Shown here: piece after piece, positions 15,486 to 24,344 of the stretch | Layout: each line of letters begins with the position of its first letter | Position numbering within the stretch: the stretch's first letter is position 1 | Source of the DNA: an uncultured Pirellulales bacterium | Lineage (GTDB): Bacteria > Planctomycetota > Phycisphaerae > Sedimentisphaerales > Anaerobacaceae | DNA length: 25,011 bases | NCBI GenBank assembly: GCA_964397865.1 | Contig: CAYNKU010000002.1 | Location: 1-25,011, forward strand | Direction: 5' to 3' | Notes under the pieces: model-generated | Seen by the model: only the letters and a program-made list of their open reading frames with translations | Told to the model about the DNA's origin: nothing | Database searches by the model: none | Position numbers and translations under genes: made by a program

Positions 15486-16553
15486 ATGGCAGACAAACCA
15501 GCGGCCGAAAGGACAGAACGGCCGACATCAAAAAAGTTATCAAGGGCAAGAACAAAGGGACAAGTGCCTCAGAGCCAGGAACTAATGTCTTTTATCTCGA
15601 TTCTTGTTCTGGTAGCAGCAATATTTTTTTCGGCACAGCGGTTAATGGATTACTTCACCTTGCTGATGTGGGAGGGTATGTCAGGGCAAACTCAAATTTT
15701 TGCTGACGCAGGCAGCTTTACAAATTTTGCCAATACTAAAATAATCGATTTTGTTGTGGTTCTCTGGCCTATTCTCCTGATACTTTCTGTAGGTGCTGTT
15801 GCCGGAAGCATTATCGTCTCCGGATTTAATTTTTCCACCGAAGCTGTATCGCTGAAATTCGATGCGTTAAATCCCGTAGGAGGCTTTGGGAGATTAGTAA
15901 ACGCGCGTTCTATGGTAAAACTGATTGCGTCTATCGCCAAATTACTTTTTGTTTCGCTGATCGTCTGGTTCTATCTGTCCGACAAGCTTGAGGCACTCGC
16001 CACTCTCAGATGGGCGTGGTCTCTGGGGATGCTTACCCTTATTGCAAAAATGATATTAGGCTTGTGCATACGTATTTGTATCGCGCTGATGATCATAGGG
16101 GTTGCTGACACGATCTACCAGAAGTGGAAGTACATCCAGGATTTGAAGATGACAAAACAGGAGGTAAAAGAAGAGCGCAAGCAGACAGAAGGTTTGCCGG
16201 AAGTGAAAAAACGGATCAGAAGGATCCAGTTTGAAATGGCTTTCAAACGTATGCTGCAAGAGGTTCCCAAGGCCAACGTGGTACTTGTAAACCCCGAGCA
16301 TGTGGCAGTGGCATTGCGTTATGACGCCAAAACAATGGAAGCACCGATTATGGTGGCTAAAGGCGCCGATCACCTGGCGGAAAAGATAAAAGAGATCGCG
16401 CGGGCTTATGGCGTGCCGATAGTAAGAAGGCCTGAATTGGCCAGGACGATATACTCAACGGTAGAACCCGGCGGTACGATACCGGAGGTTCTGTATGTGG
16501 CGGTGGCAGAGGTTCTGGCACTTGTTTATCGATTGAGGCACAGGAAAAGCTAA
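15486..16553 (+). CDS. flhB: Flagellar export switch protein FlhB
   Basis: ERTERPTSKKLSRARTKGQVPQSQEL, LKMTKQEVKEERKQTEG, autocleavage loop NPEH, APIMVAKG, PELAR, LYVAVAEVLA. Confidence 0.97.
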   Translation: MADKPAAERTERPTSKKLSRARTKGQVPQSQELMSFISILVLVAAIFFSAQRLMDYFTLLMWEGMSGQTQIFADAGSFTNFANTKIIDFVVVLWPILLILSVGAVAGSIIVSGFNFSTEAVSLKFDALNPVGGFGRLVNARSMVKLIASIAKLLFVSLIVWFYLSDKLEALATLRWAWSLGMLTLIAKMILGLCIRICIALMIIGVADTIYQKWKYIQDLKMTKQEVKEERKQTEGLPEVKKRIRRIQFEMAFKRMLQEVPKANVVLVNPEHVAVALRYDAKTMEAPIMVAKGADHLAEKIKEIARAYGVPIVRRPELARTIYSTVEPGGTIPEVLYVAVAEVLALVYRLRHRKS

Positions 16554-16563
16554 GCCCAATCTT

Positions 16564-18945
16564 TTAATATGACGAAACCAACAGGCCGGCAGCGGCGAGC
16601 TGGCCTTGTATCAGGGCCAATGTCTGTTCGAGGCGTGCAAACTGGAGTATTAATCTTTTCTCTCTTTGCTCCAGGCGGTATTCTTCATCTTCAATCTTAT
16701 CATCAAGATACTCCACCTGGTCTTCCATATGTTCCTGATCGAGCGGGATGGAGCCCACTTCCGCCTTTAGCATTCTGTCGATCGCATCTTCGATTTTGCC
16801 GGTAAAGCCTTGCTTGACATAAATGGTAGCTTCAGTAGTATGGTCATCAGTCAGTTCACTCGCATTGATAGTCAGTTGAAGTCCGCACTCGGGGTAATCA
16901 GGGTAACCGTTATCGTCGTTGAGAGTGCTGATGCCTGTGGCAATACCATCGCTATAAGACATAGTTCGGTAGCTTGATTCGCTTGACAGTTTTATTTTTA
17001 CCCATGCTATGGAACCGCTTTCTTTTCTTACCTGAACATTATAAGTACCAGCGGTGGTATAATCCGTGGCACCGCAGAATTCGATATAATCGTCCGTGTC
17101 GCTGCCGATATTCCTGGCCCCTATCAATTCAAGGACATCGTTATAATTTTCAGCTATTGCTTCGTTAAAATCGTTCTCATCGAAACTCAGCACCCCATCT
17201 TCATCAATTTCAAGGCCGATATTGAGCGGCGTCAGGAATTCATCGACATCCTCCAGAAAGCCGGCGGCTTGCTCGATAAGCGGTTCGCGGAATTGATATT
17301 GCAGTGTAGAAACGACATAATCACCCATTAATATGCCGGATTCTTCTTTAACTTCGTTATAATGGGTGATTTCTTTAATATTTTTGACGGCAAAATTGTA
17401 GGCAGCAACCATTTTATTTATCTTGTCTTTAACGGATTGTATGTCCCTGGTAAGAGTTATTTTCTCGCCATTGGCGTCGGTGGTATCGTGCAGGTGCAGT
17501 GTTACACCGCTGATTACATCATCGACTGTATTAGAGCTTCTGCTGATGTAGCCGTCACTGCCCGCGGTCGTTTGGGCAATGCTTGCGGTAATATCTGCCT
17601 CTCCGGCATCTTTCAAAGACGAGTTAATCATAATCAGGTCAACATCTCCCAATGAACTGTTAAAAGTAAACGTCATACCAGTTGAAACAGGGTCATTTGC
17701 AACGGTTATATCTCCTGAATCCACCGTGGAAAGAGCGTTTAGTGCATTTTGAATAGCCGTGTCATCCGCATTCCAGGCAATAGCCGCGGTTGTTTCTCCC
17801 CGGTAGGTTAAGGTGTACGTTCCACTTGCCGCGGCGGCACTAAGTGTTACAGTCTGCACTTCGGGAGTCGGGTCGGTTTTAGGGAATTCACCGAATTTGA
17901 TTTTCGAGTCTTGAGCAGTCTGGCTAAGTGTAAAATCATCTACCGTGTAACCTGCCAGACTGGCTACGCCATCGGTTCCGGCATTTGTCTGGCTTAAGGC
18001 GAGATTGCTTAAGGAGGTCTCTGACCCATCAGCTTCATAAGTTAATGTAATCGAAAGGCTGCTTACCCCATCCTCGCTGTCAGTCAGGACTATTTGGCCG
18101 TTTTCGAGAGTCGCCTTTGCGCGTCCGTCAAAGGCATCGTTAATTTCAGAAATAAGGTGGCCAAGCGTGGTCTGATCGGTTATTTCCAGCTCCAGTGGTG
18201 GTTCAATTATATCAACATCAAAATGGTCGGTGCCGTCTATTGAAATATAAGGAGAGCCCGTGCCCAGAGTCCCGGTGAACTGGTCAAGGTCTTCGATTTT
18301 AGTACTAAGCGTCGCGTTATCATTATTATATGTAAAGGCGCTGTTGGACTTCATAACTTCCGTATCACCTGAGTTGATTTTAATTTCGTAATCTGTGCCG
18401 GCATCGTTGCCGTTTAAGACCAGATGATACGCGTCATTATAGTATAGCAGACTGGCGGTAACGCCGGGGTTGTTGGGATCGTTATTTATCAAGCCGACCA
18501 TGTCCTCGAGGGTTGTTGTCGCGGTGGTTGTTATACTTGTTTCTTTATAGTTATACGAATAGATAAAGGTGCCGGCCCCAACGTAGTCCTCTTTATATTC
18601 GTGGCCGGTGGTGTGGACCCATCTTTCGGCATTTGCCAACTGGTTAATTACAACTGTGTGGCTACCTTCAAAAGCATTATTCGTCGCTTCGGCAGTCAAA
18701 TAATCATCATCACTTGTAGCAACATTAAAGGCCTTTAGTTCGTCGGAATCCGAAAGCGCTCTAACCGAGGTTCGTAAATTTGCGAGCTTGTCTGCAAGGG
18801 TGGTAAGGGCATCCTGTCTTTCTTCCCAGAGGTTTTTTCGTTCCTGCCATGTATTGATCGTACGGCGTTCGATAGCCATTAACTGCTCAATGAGAGAGTT
18901 CGTATCGATTCCGGTTTGAATCCCCGGAAGACGTAAAGTTGACAT
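16564..18945 (-). CDS. fliD: Flagellar filament cap protein FliD (HAP2), enlarged with inserted domains (793 aa)
   Basis: FliD_N (GIQTGIDTNSLIEQLMAIER; GSHTVVINQLANAE), FliD_C (RSSNTVDDVISGVTLHL; INKMVAAYN; IGLEIDEDGVLSFD), C-terminal coiled coil (LEQREKRLILQFARLE); SD AAAGGT. Confidence 0.95.
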   Translation of the reverse strand: MSTLRLPGIQTGIDTNSLIEQLMAIERRTINTWQERKNLWEERQDALTTLADKLANLRTSVRALSDSDELKAFNVATSDDDYLTAEATNNAFEGSHTVVINQLANAERWVHTTGHEYKEDYVGAGTFIYSYNYKETSITTTATTTLEDMVGLINNDPNNPGVTASLLYYNDAYHLVLNGNDAGTDYEIKINSGDTEVMKSNSAFTYNNDNATLSTKIEDLDQFTGTLGTGSPYISIDGTDHFDVDIIEPPLELEITDQTTLGHLISEINDAFDGRAKATLENGQIVLTDSEDGVSSLSITLTYEADGSETSLSNLALSQTNAGTDGVASLAGYTVDDFTLSQTAQDSKIKFGEFPKTDPTPEVQTVTLSAAAASGTYTLTYRGETTAAIAWNADDTAIQNALNALSTVDSGDITVANDPVSTGMTFTFNSSLGDVDLIMINSSLKDAGEADITASIAQTTAGSDGYISRSSNTVDDVISGVTLHLHDTTDANGEKITLTRDIQSVKDKINKMVAAYNFAVKNIKEITHYNEVKEESGILMGDYVVSTLQYQFREPLIEQAAGFLEDVDEFLTPLNIGLEIDEDGVLSFDENDFNEAIAENYNDVLELIGARNIGSDTDDYIEFCGATDYTTAGTYNVQVRKESGSIAWVKIKLSSESSYRTMSYSDGIATGISTLNDDNGYPDYPECGLQLTINASELTDDHTTEATIYVKQGFTGKIEDAIDRMLKAEVGSIPLDQEHMEDQVEYLDDKIEDEEYRLEQREKRLILQFARLEQTLALIQGQLAAAGLLVSSY

Positions 18946-19004
18946 TTTCGTCTACCTTTCTTTCATATTCAGATCTTCTACAAGATGCTCTGTTCTAAAG
19001 CTTA

Positions 19005-19031
19005 TTATCGCATAAAAAATCATTTACTTAA
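19005..19031 (-). promoter_or_regulatory. Candidate sigma28 (FliA) promoter for fliD
   Basis: Minus strand TTAAGTAA-N11-TGCGATAA vs consensus TAAAGTTT-N11-GCCGATAA (5/8 and 6/8, correct spacing), about 60 nt upstream of the fliD ATG. Confidence 0.55.
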
Positions 19032-19050
19032 CCACAAGTCAACCGGTCAT

Positions 19051-19110
19051 CCCAAAACCCTTAATTCCGCGATATCAGTATTGAAAACGCGGTTTTGCAT
19101 AGGTTTTGGG
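19051..19110. other. Nested inverted repeat (interrupted stem-loop) between the giant GT stop and the fliD promoter; possible terminator or processing structure
   Basis: CCCAAAACC (19051-59) pairs with GGTTTTGGG (19102-10); CCGCG (19067-71) with CGCGG (19088-92); inner TCA/TGA. No U-tract follows on the minus strand. Confidence 0.4.
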
Positions 19111-19132
19111 CCAGGTCATATTAATTATCCTT

Positions 19133-22100
19133 TTACTTATCACGTGTTGGAACCAACAGTTTTTGTTCGGCAATTTGCAGCAGTTTCGACTTATAATGAT
19201 CAGCATAGCGCTGAAAATAGTGTCCAAAGCCGGTCGTTGAGCTTCCGGCATGCTTACAAAAAGTTTTTACCAAATATTCATAATATCGCCGCTGTTTCAA
19301 AGGCTCATCTATATCTGCGATCTGTGGAAACAAGACTTGCGGCGGATAAATTGAGACCATCTCGTTGAGTGTATCGGCCATAATGCGATTTCTTGCTTCG
19401 AGTTTTTGAGAATTACTTTGCTGATGTCTTCTGTAAAAATACGCCGGGTTCTCATCGACTCGCTTGAAATTTATCTTCAGAGCATTTTTACACAAAAATA
19501 CAAAATCCTCGACGGTATCGAGTTCGTCATATAATCCGACCTTATCAAAGAGAGATTTTCTTTTCAGGCTTCCCGGATTTGGAATTGGTCCATAACTGTT
19601 GTCGAACAGAAAGGCCGGGAGAACGGAGTTATCCGTAAAGTCCATATAGCTCCATTTCCGGCCGGTTTGGCTGCCGGATTCGTCTACCAGGGTTAATTGG
19701 GCGGGGTAAAAATAATCTATCTGCGGATGATTTTGGGCGAAAGCCACCATTTTTTCGATGTAGTCCGGAGCGATGAAGTCGTCGGAATCAACACCTATAA
19801 GATATTCGCCCCTTGATTCAACGATCGCCCTGTTCATTCCGGAGGCAAAATTTTTGTGTTCCTTGTAGATATAGCGGATCCTGCTGTCCGAATACGAAGC
19901 TGTCAATTTTTTCGTCTCATCGGTACTGCCATCGTCAATAATCAACAGTTCGAAATTTTTATATGTTTGTAATAAAACAGATTCAATGGCCCGGCTGATA
20001 AACTTTTGTGCGTTATACGCTGCCATATATACGGTAACCAGCGGCTGTTCCGTCGTTTTTCCCTGATCCGCAAGTAAATTAAAAAGTTTGTCAAAATTGA
20101 CGTTTGCGTTGACCGCGAGCCACAGCAGTTTGTCTTCGGGCGCGCGGTTTTTTATATCAGAAGGTAAATCCAAGTCATCCAGCAATCCATTTTTATACAG
20201 TTTTGTTAATACTATAAGAAACTGATCAATATCCCTATGCGTCGCTCTTGTTTCTTTAACGGCCTCGCGGAATAGCTGGTCAAAATCCTGATTTGTTGAT
20301 TTGGCTAAAACGGCACTTCTTCTGTTCAGAGCGTTTATGCCCGCCTTTGCTCTCGACATTATTGCAATATTAACTTTGCTTTTAGAATGACAAATCGAAT
20401 CCGGCAGCTCTCTGTATAAATACAAACACTCATCGACAAATTTAAGTTTTGTCACTTCCTCCATTTTGTATACGATGTCAATGTCTTCGGCATATAAGAT
20501 ATTTTCGTCATAGCCTGGTGTTTTCAAATAATCGCGCAATTTAAAGGTTTTAAAATGGCTGACCACGTTTGCGTCAAGCGTTGTTTTGCCAGGCGGTATT
20601 GGCGCGCAAAAGCCGGGTCGTCTTCGGGTTAATACTTCGTCACAGTATGCGAACTGTGAGTATATAAGCCCGCAGTTGGGAAACTTGATGTGATAATCGC
20701 GCATTGTCTCAACCGCACAACGGGTCAGGCAGTCATCGCTGTCCAGGATACCGAAATATTCCGATCGTATATTGGCGATGGCTGTTTTTAGTGCAACTGT
20801 GTAGCCGCGGTTTTTCTCGTGCTGAATCAGCTTTATACGGCTGTCTTCGAGATATTTGTTGATTATTTCCAGGGAGTTGTCTGTGGAACAATCTTCGACA
20901 ATGATTAGTTCCCAGTTTTTGTACGTTTGATTTAATACGGAATCTATGGCGTGGGCAATATATTTTGCGTTGTTGTAATTGGCCGTAACAATGGAGAATC
21001 CCGGAGTTGTCTGTGTCTGCCGGGTTTTGTTTTCTGTCTTCTCGAAGTAAAGCTGTACTTCCTGGTGGCAGGCATTGGGGACAAAATTCGAGTATTTTTG
21101 TACATCGATTCTAATCCCATCATCGAACATCTCAGCGAGTCTTTCTGCTGAATATTTTTGCTCACTACCGGAGCGGTTATCCCAGACTGACTGAACTTTA
21201 TTTACAGGGTTACAAAACGTTATCGAAGACTCATAGCAGCAAAGTTTCGGCCGAACTTCGGCGTACGCTTTCGCATTTGTTGCCATCTTGTCTTCGAGCA
21301 CATTTGGATTAGCGAATTCCAGTTTATCGAGCAGTATTAGAATGTCACCGGTTTTATATACTGAACTTGACAGTTCCAGCGGATAACCAAAATCAAACTC
21401 GGCCTGTGTCCAGTCGTACTTCAATATGCCGTTACTCAACTGCTGGAATGTTGGCAATGCCTGACTGGTGTTACGCGAGTAGCAGTAAGTTGTATTTTTG
21501 CCTAATCTAAGTGAAAGGCCGATGGTATCTTTGTTTTCTTGCAGAGTTCTTACAACGTCGGCAAGATGAAAATCTTTCACAAACAAATTGTCGTCAACCA
21601 AAAACAGCACATAGTCCGATTTGTTGACAGTAGTCAATACCCGCTGTTTGAAGTCGGTTTCTTCGATAAATGATATATTGCTGAATTTTTCTTTGAGTTT
21701 GTTATATCGGCGTCGGTGTAACTGGTTTGTCGCTTTGTAAAGAACAGACAATTTTATCCGGCCGTTATCAATGCAATGCAAAAAGAAAGATTCGAGAGTT
21801 GCCTGAAGCTGCATAGCACGATCTTTGCTGAATATTAAGCCAATAGTGGTGTTTTTATTTTTAGTGACAGGTAATTCGCTGGCGGTTTCTGTGTAATTTT
21901 GCAGTGGGACAATGCTTTTTCCTGACTTATAATCTGCTGACTGTTTTAGAAAATCCCTGATTTCACAGGAAGCCGGCGCAAACCGACATGCATTTTTTGC
22001 CATTTTTTCAGCCAGTAATTTATCCCCACACTGATATGCCGCCTGGGCTATATACCATTGAAGCATCCAATGATCACAGTTTGAATTCAAAGTCTGAATA

Positions 22101-24325
22101 AACTTTGATTTTGCGTTTTCAAAAAGTCCCTTTTGAAAATACGCAAGGCCATGCCAGTAATTTTCAATTCCGGGATCGAGTTTTTGCATTTCCGCCGGCA
22201 GCTTAAAGGCGTCGAAAAACTTCTCATCCCACATAAGACGCCGCGGGTTTGGCAGATCTGTGGGGACAAAGTGGGCCCATTTCTGGAGTAATAATATTCG
22301 TATATCTCTATTGAAATCATAGCAATGTCTCGCTTTTTGCACATCCAGTATATTGTTATGAATGACAAAACTTTCGGGTAACGGGATGAGCTTCTTTTTG
22401 CTTTCATACAATTTGTAGCAAAAATCGGTATCAGCGCAATAGAATTTATATTGCTCATCCAACCCGTCGACCTCTCTGAAATGGTCCAACCTGATCAGGC
22501 CGTAATTCAACATCAATTTGTTGCCTTGGGCAAAATCGATTCCAAAGTCAATCCATTCGCGGTTGGTTGGTTTAGTATTTTTATAGAAGAAGATTCCGCC
22601 GGATACCCTATCTTCCTGTTCTTGTAGATACTTAACCGCATTAGTTATACAGTTTTCACTAAAGATAATGTCATCGCTGGCATACATTGCCCATTTGCCG
22701 GTAGCTTTCGAGAAGCCGAAGTTATAAAGCTGCGGCCAGGAATGCTTACCCGGCCCAAAGTATTCTGATTCACTGTAAAGTTTCGTAATATTATGTTTGC
22801 CTAATATCTCCAGTGTATTATCACTTGAGCCGCCCTCAACAACAATAATTTCATAAGTTATACCCCGGGTTGCTTTTTCCAAACTGGCGAGCATCTGGCC
22901 AAGCAGTTGAGCCCTATCCTTTGTGCAAAGTATAATACTGACATCATATTCTGCTTGTGTGGAATCTACATTTTGTTGGTTAGTCAACTCATTATAGGCT
23001 AATACTTTCTTTGAATTTTCAGCTTTTATAAACGCATCATTGACAACAATTTCCGGTACTTCCGCTAACGGTAATAATTTGACCTCTTTGGCTTTGCCCT
23101 GGTGTTCCTGCAGGCAACGCTCATATAAGTTTTGATACTGCCGGGCAATCACTTTGTGGTCAAATCTTGCGATCGCTGACTGGCGGCCATTACGACTGAA
23201 TTCGGCCCGCAATTGAGACTGTGTTGCCAATTTCTCCAATGCCCGGGCTGTTTGTGGTATATCTTCATACGCCGTCACGAAACCGTCTAAGCCGTCACGA
23301 ACCAACTCCGGTATGCCGCCGGTATTAAAAGTTACGATTGGAACACCGCAAGACAAAGCTTCAAGGATGACAAGCGGACAATTATCTGCGGTGGGTGTAT
23401 ATAAAAATATATCGAGCATGGAATAGGCCTGTGCAAGCCGGCTTTCGTCATTAATATGCGGTATATTAATAATTCCTGGATCGTTAGTATTAGAACTGCC
23501 TCCGATGTTGACAAAAACATGTTCAGGCAATCTGTCTTTTGAAGCATCAAAGACGGCTTGAGTGTGATTTCCACCCTTCCAGGGATTTTTGAATGTGCCT
23601 TCGTGTGCAACCGCTCCTATTGCCAGGATATTTGCAGGTATATTAAATTTTTTTCTGGCATCTTTTTTGTTGTAAGGTTTGAAGATATTTGTATCCACGC
23701 CATTGTAAATCAAGTCTACGGGGTGATTGCGCAGGATACTCCTTTGTACCTTATCTTCTAGCCATTTTGAGGGTACAACTATATTGAGAAATGAATTATC
23801 GTAAATCAGTTTTTTATCACGATAAAGCCGAGCACTTGAGTCGATATTCAGTCCAGGATAGGTTGATAAGTTGGGGCACTGCTGACAACCGGTTTCCCAT
23901 CCTGGGCAATCAAACGAATGCGCACAGTGGCCGGTGATCGACTGCATATCATGCAAAGTCCATACGGTTGGCTTTAGATGGGTTAGAGACGAAAGAGAAA
24001 AAGGATTAAAATAGTCGCCGTGCAAATTATGCAGATGCAGAATGTCAGCGGAGCGAACAAGGCGATTTTCCACCAACTTGTGGCTTCCCTGGTATCCATA
24101 ATAAAGCAGGCCCTGCTTTTGGCATATAGCGTATAAATATCTGTTAAGCTCTTTGGCAAATGAAAAAGTGTGTTCGGAATCACCGGTTTTCTTTCCGACA
24201 AGCATTTTCGAATCATGACCGGAATCGCGTTGGGCTTTGGCTAATCGCGCAGCCGCCTTTGCCGCCCCGCCACTACTATCGTAGGTATTTATATGAACTA
24301 TTGAAAGTTTGTTTTTGTTTCTCAT
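19133..24325 (-). CDS. Giant multidomain glycosyltransferase: GT4 (WcaC-like) - GT2 - TPR - uncharacterised GT-A-like module - GT2 - GT2 (1730 aa)
   Basis: GT4: GGAAKAA, ILHLHNLHG, VWTLHDM...TGHC, DNCPLVILEALSCGVPIV. GT2 starts VSIILCTKDR, FSIVTANYN, VTVYMAAYN with acidic motifs ASDD, DSDD, DSDD. TPR-like YWHGLAYFQKG / WYIAQAAYQCG. Additional module IFSKDRAMQL...FLVDD. Confidence 0.93.
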   Translation of the reverse strand: MRNKNKLSIVHINTYDSSGGAAKAAARLAKAQRDSGHDSKMLVGKKTGDSEHTFSFAKELNRYLYAICQKQGLLYYGYQGSHKLVENRLVRSADILHLHNLHGDYFNPFSLSSLTHLKPTVWTLHDMQSITGHCAHSFDCPGWETGCQQCPNLSTYPGLNIDSSARLYRDKKLIYDNSFLNIVVPSKWLEDKVQRSILRNHPVDLIYNGVDTNIFKPYNKKDARKKFNIPANILAIGAVAHEGTFKNPWKGGNHTQAVFDASKDRLPEHVFVNIGGSSNTNDPGIINIPHINDESRLAQAYSMLDIFLYTPTADNCPLVILEALSCGVPIVTFNTGGIPELVRDGLDGFVTAYEDIPQTARALEKLATQSQLRAEFSRNGRQSAIARFDHKVIARQYQNLYERCLQEHQGKAKEVKLLPLAEVPEIVVNDAFIKAENSKKVLAYNELTNQQNVDSTQAEYDVSIILCTKDRAQLLGQMLASLEKATRGITYEIIVVEGGSSDNTLEILGKHNITKLYSESEYFGPGKHSWPQLYNFGFSKATGKWAMYASDDIIFSENCITNAVKYLQEQEDRVSGGIFFYKNTKPTNREWIDFGIDFAQGNKLMLNYGLIRLDHFREVDGLDEQYKFYCADTDFCYKLYESKKKLIPLPESFVIHNNILDVQKARHCYDFNRDIRILLLQKWAHFVPTDLPNPRRLMWDEKFFDAFKLPAEMQKLDPGIENYWHGLAYFQKGLFENAKSKFIQTLNSNCDHWMLQWYIAQAAYQCGDKLLAEKMAKNACRFAPASCEIRDFLKQSADYKSGKSIVPLQNYTETASELPVTKNKNTTIGLIFSKDRAMQLQATLESFFLHCIDNGRIKLSVLYKATNQLHRRRYNKLKEKFSNISFIEETDFKQRVLTTVNKSDYVLFLVDDNLFVKDFHLADVVRTLQENKDTIGLSLRLGKNTTYCYSRNTSQALPTFQQLSNGILKYDWTQAEFDFGYPLELSSSVYKTGDILILLDKLEFANPNVLEDKMATNAKAYAEVRPKLCCYESSITFCNPVNKVQSVWDNRSGSEQKYSAERLAEMFDDGIRIDVQKYSNFVPNACHQEVQLYFEKTENKTRQTQTTPGFSIVTANYNNAKYIAHAIDSVLNQTYKNWELIIVEDCSTDNSLEIINKYLEDSRIKLIQHEKNRGYTVALKTAIANIRSEYFGILDSDDCLTRCAVETMRDYHIKFPNCGLIYSQFAYCDEVLTRRRPGFCAPIPPGKTTLDANVVSHFKTFKLRDYLKTPGYDENILYAEDIDIVYKMEEVTKLKFVDECLYLYRELPDSICHSKSKVNIAIMSRAKAGINALNRRSAVLAKSTNQDFDQLFREAVKETRATHRDIDQFLIVLTKLYKNGLLDDLDLPSDIKNRAPEDKLLWLAVNANVNFDKLFNLLADQGKTTEQPLVTVYMAAYNAQKFISRAIESVLLQTYKNFELLIIDDGSTDETKKLTASYSDSRIRYIYKEHKNFASGMNRAIVESRGEYLIGVDSDDFIAPDYIEKMVAFAQNHPQIDYFYPAQLTLVDESGSQTGRKWSYMDFTDNSVLPAFLFDNSYGPIPNPGSLKRKSLFDKVGLYDELDTVEDFVFLCKNALKINFKRVDENPAYFYRRHQQSNSQKLEARNRIMADTLNEMVSIYPPQVLFPQIADIDEPLKQRRYYEYLVKTFCKHAGSSTTGFGHYFQRYADHYKSKLLQIAEQKLLVPTRDK

Positions 24326-24344
24326 ATACAGGATATACTTATTT

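Noticed and set aside
19095-19113. Possible sigma54 site upstream of fliD (minus strand TGGCCCAAAACCTATGCA)
   Set aside because: GG-to-GC spacing is 12 nt, not the strictly required 10.
18985-19368. 127-aa plus-strand ORF across the fliD leader and the GT 3' end
   Set aside because: Antisense to the GT end, covers the candidate promoter and hairpin, no motif or SD.
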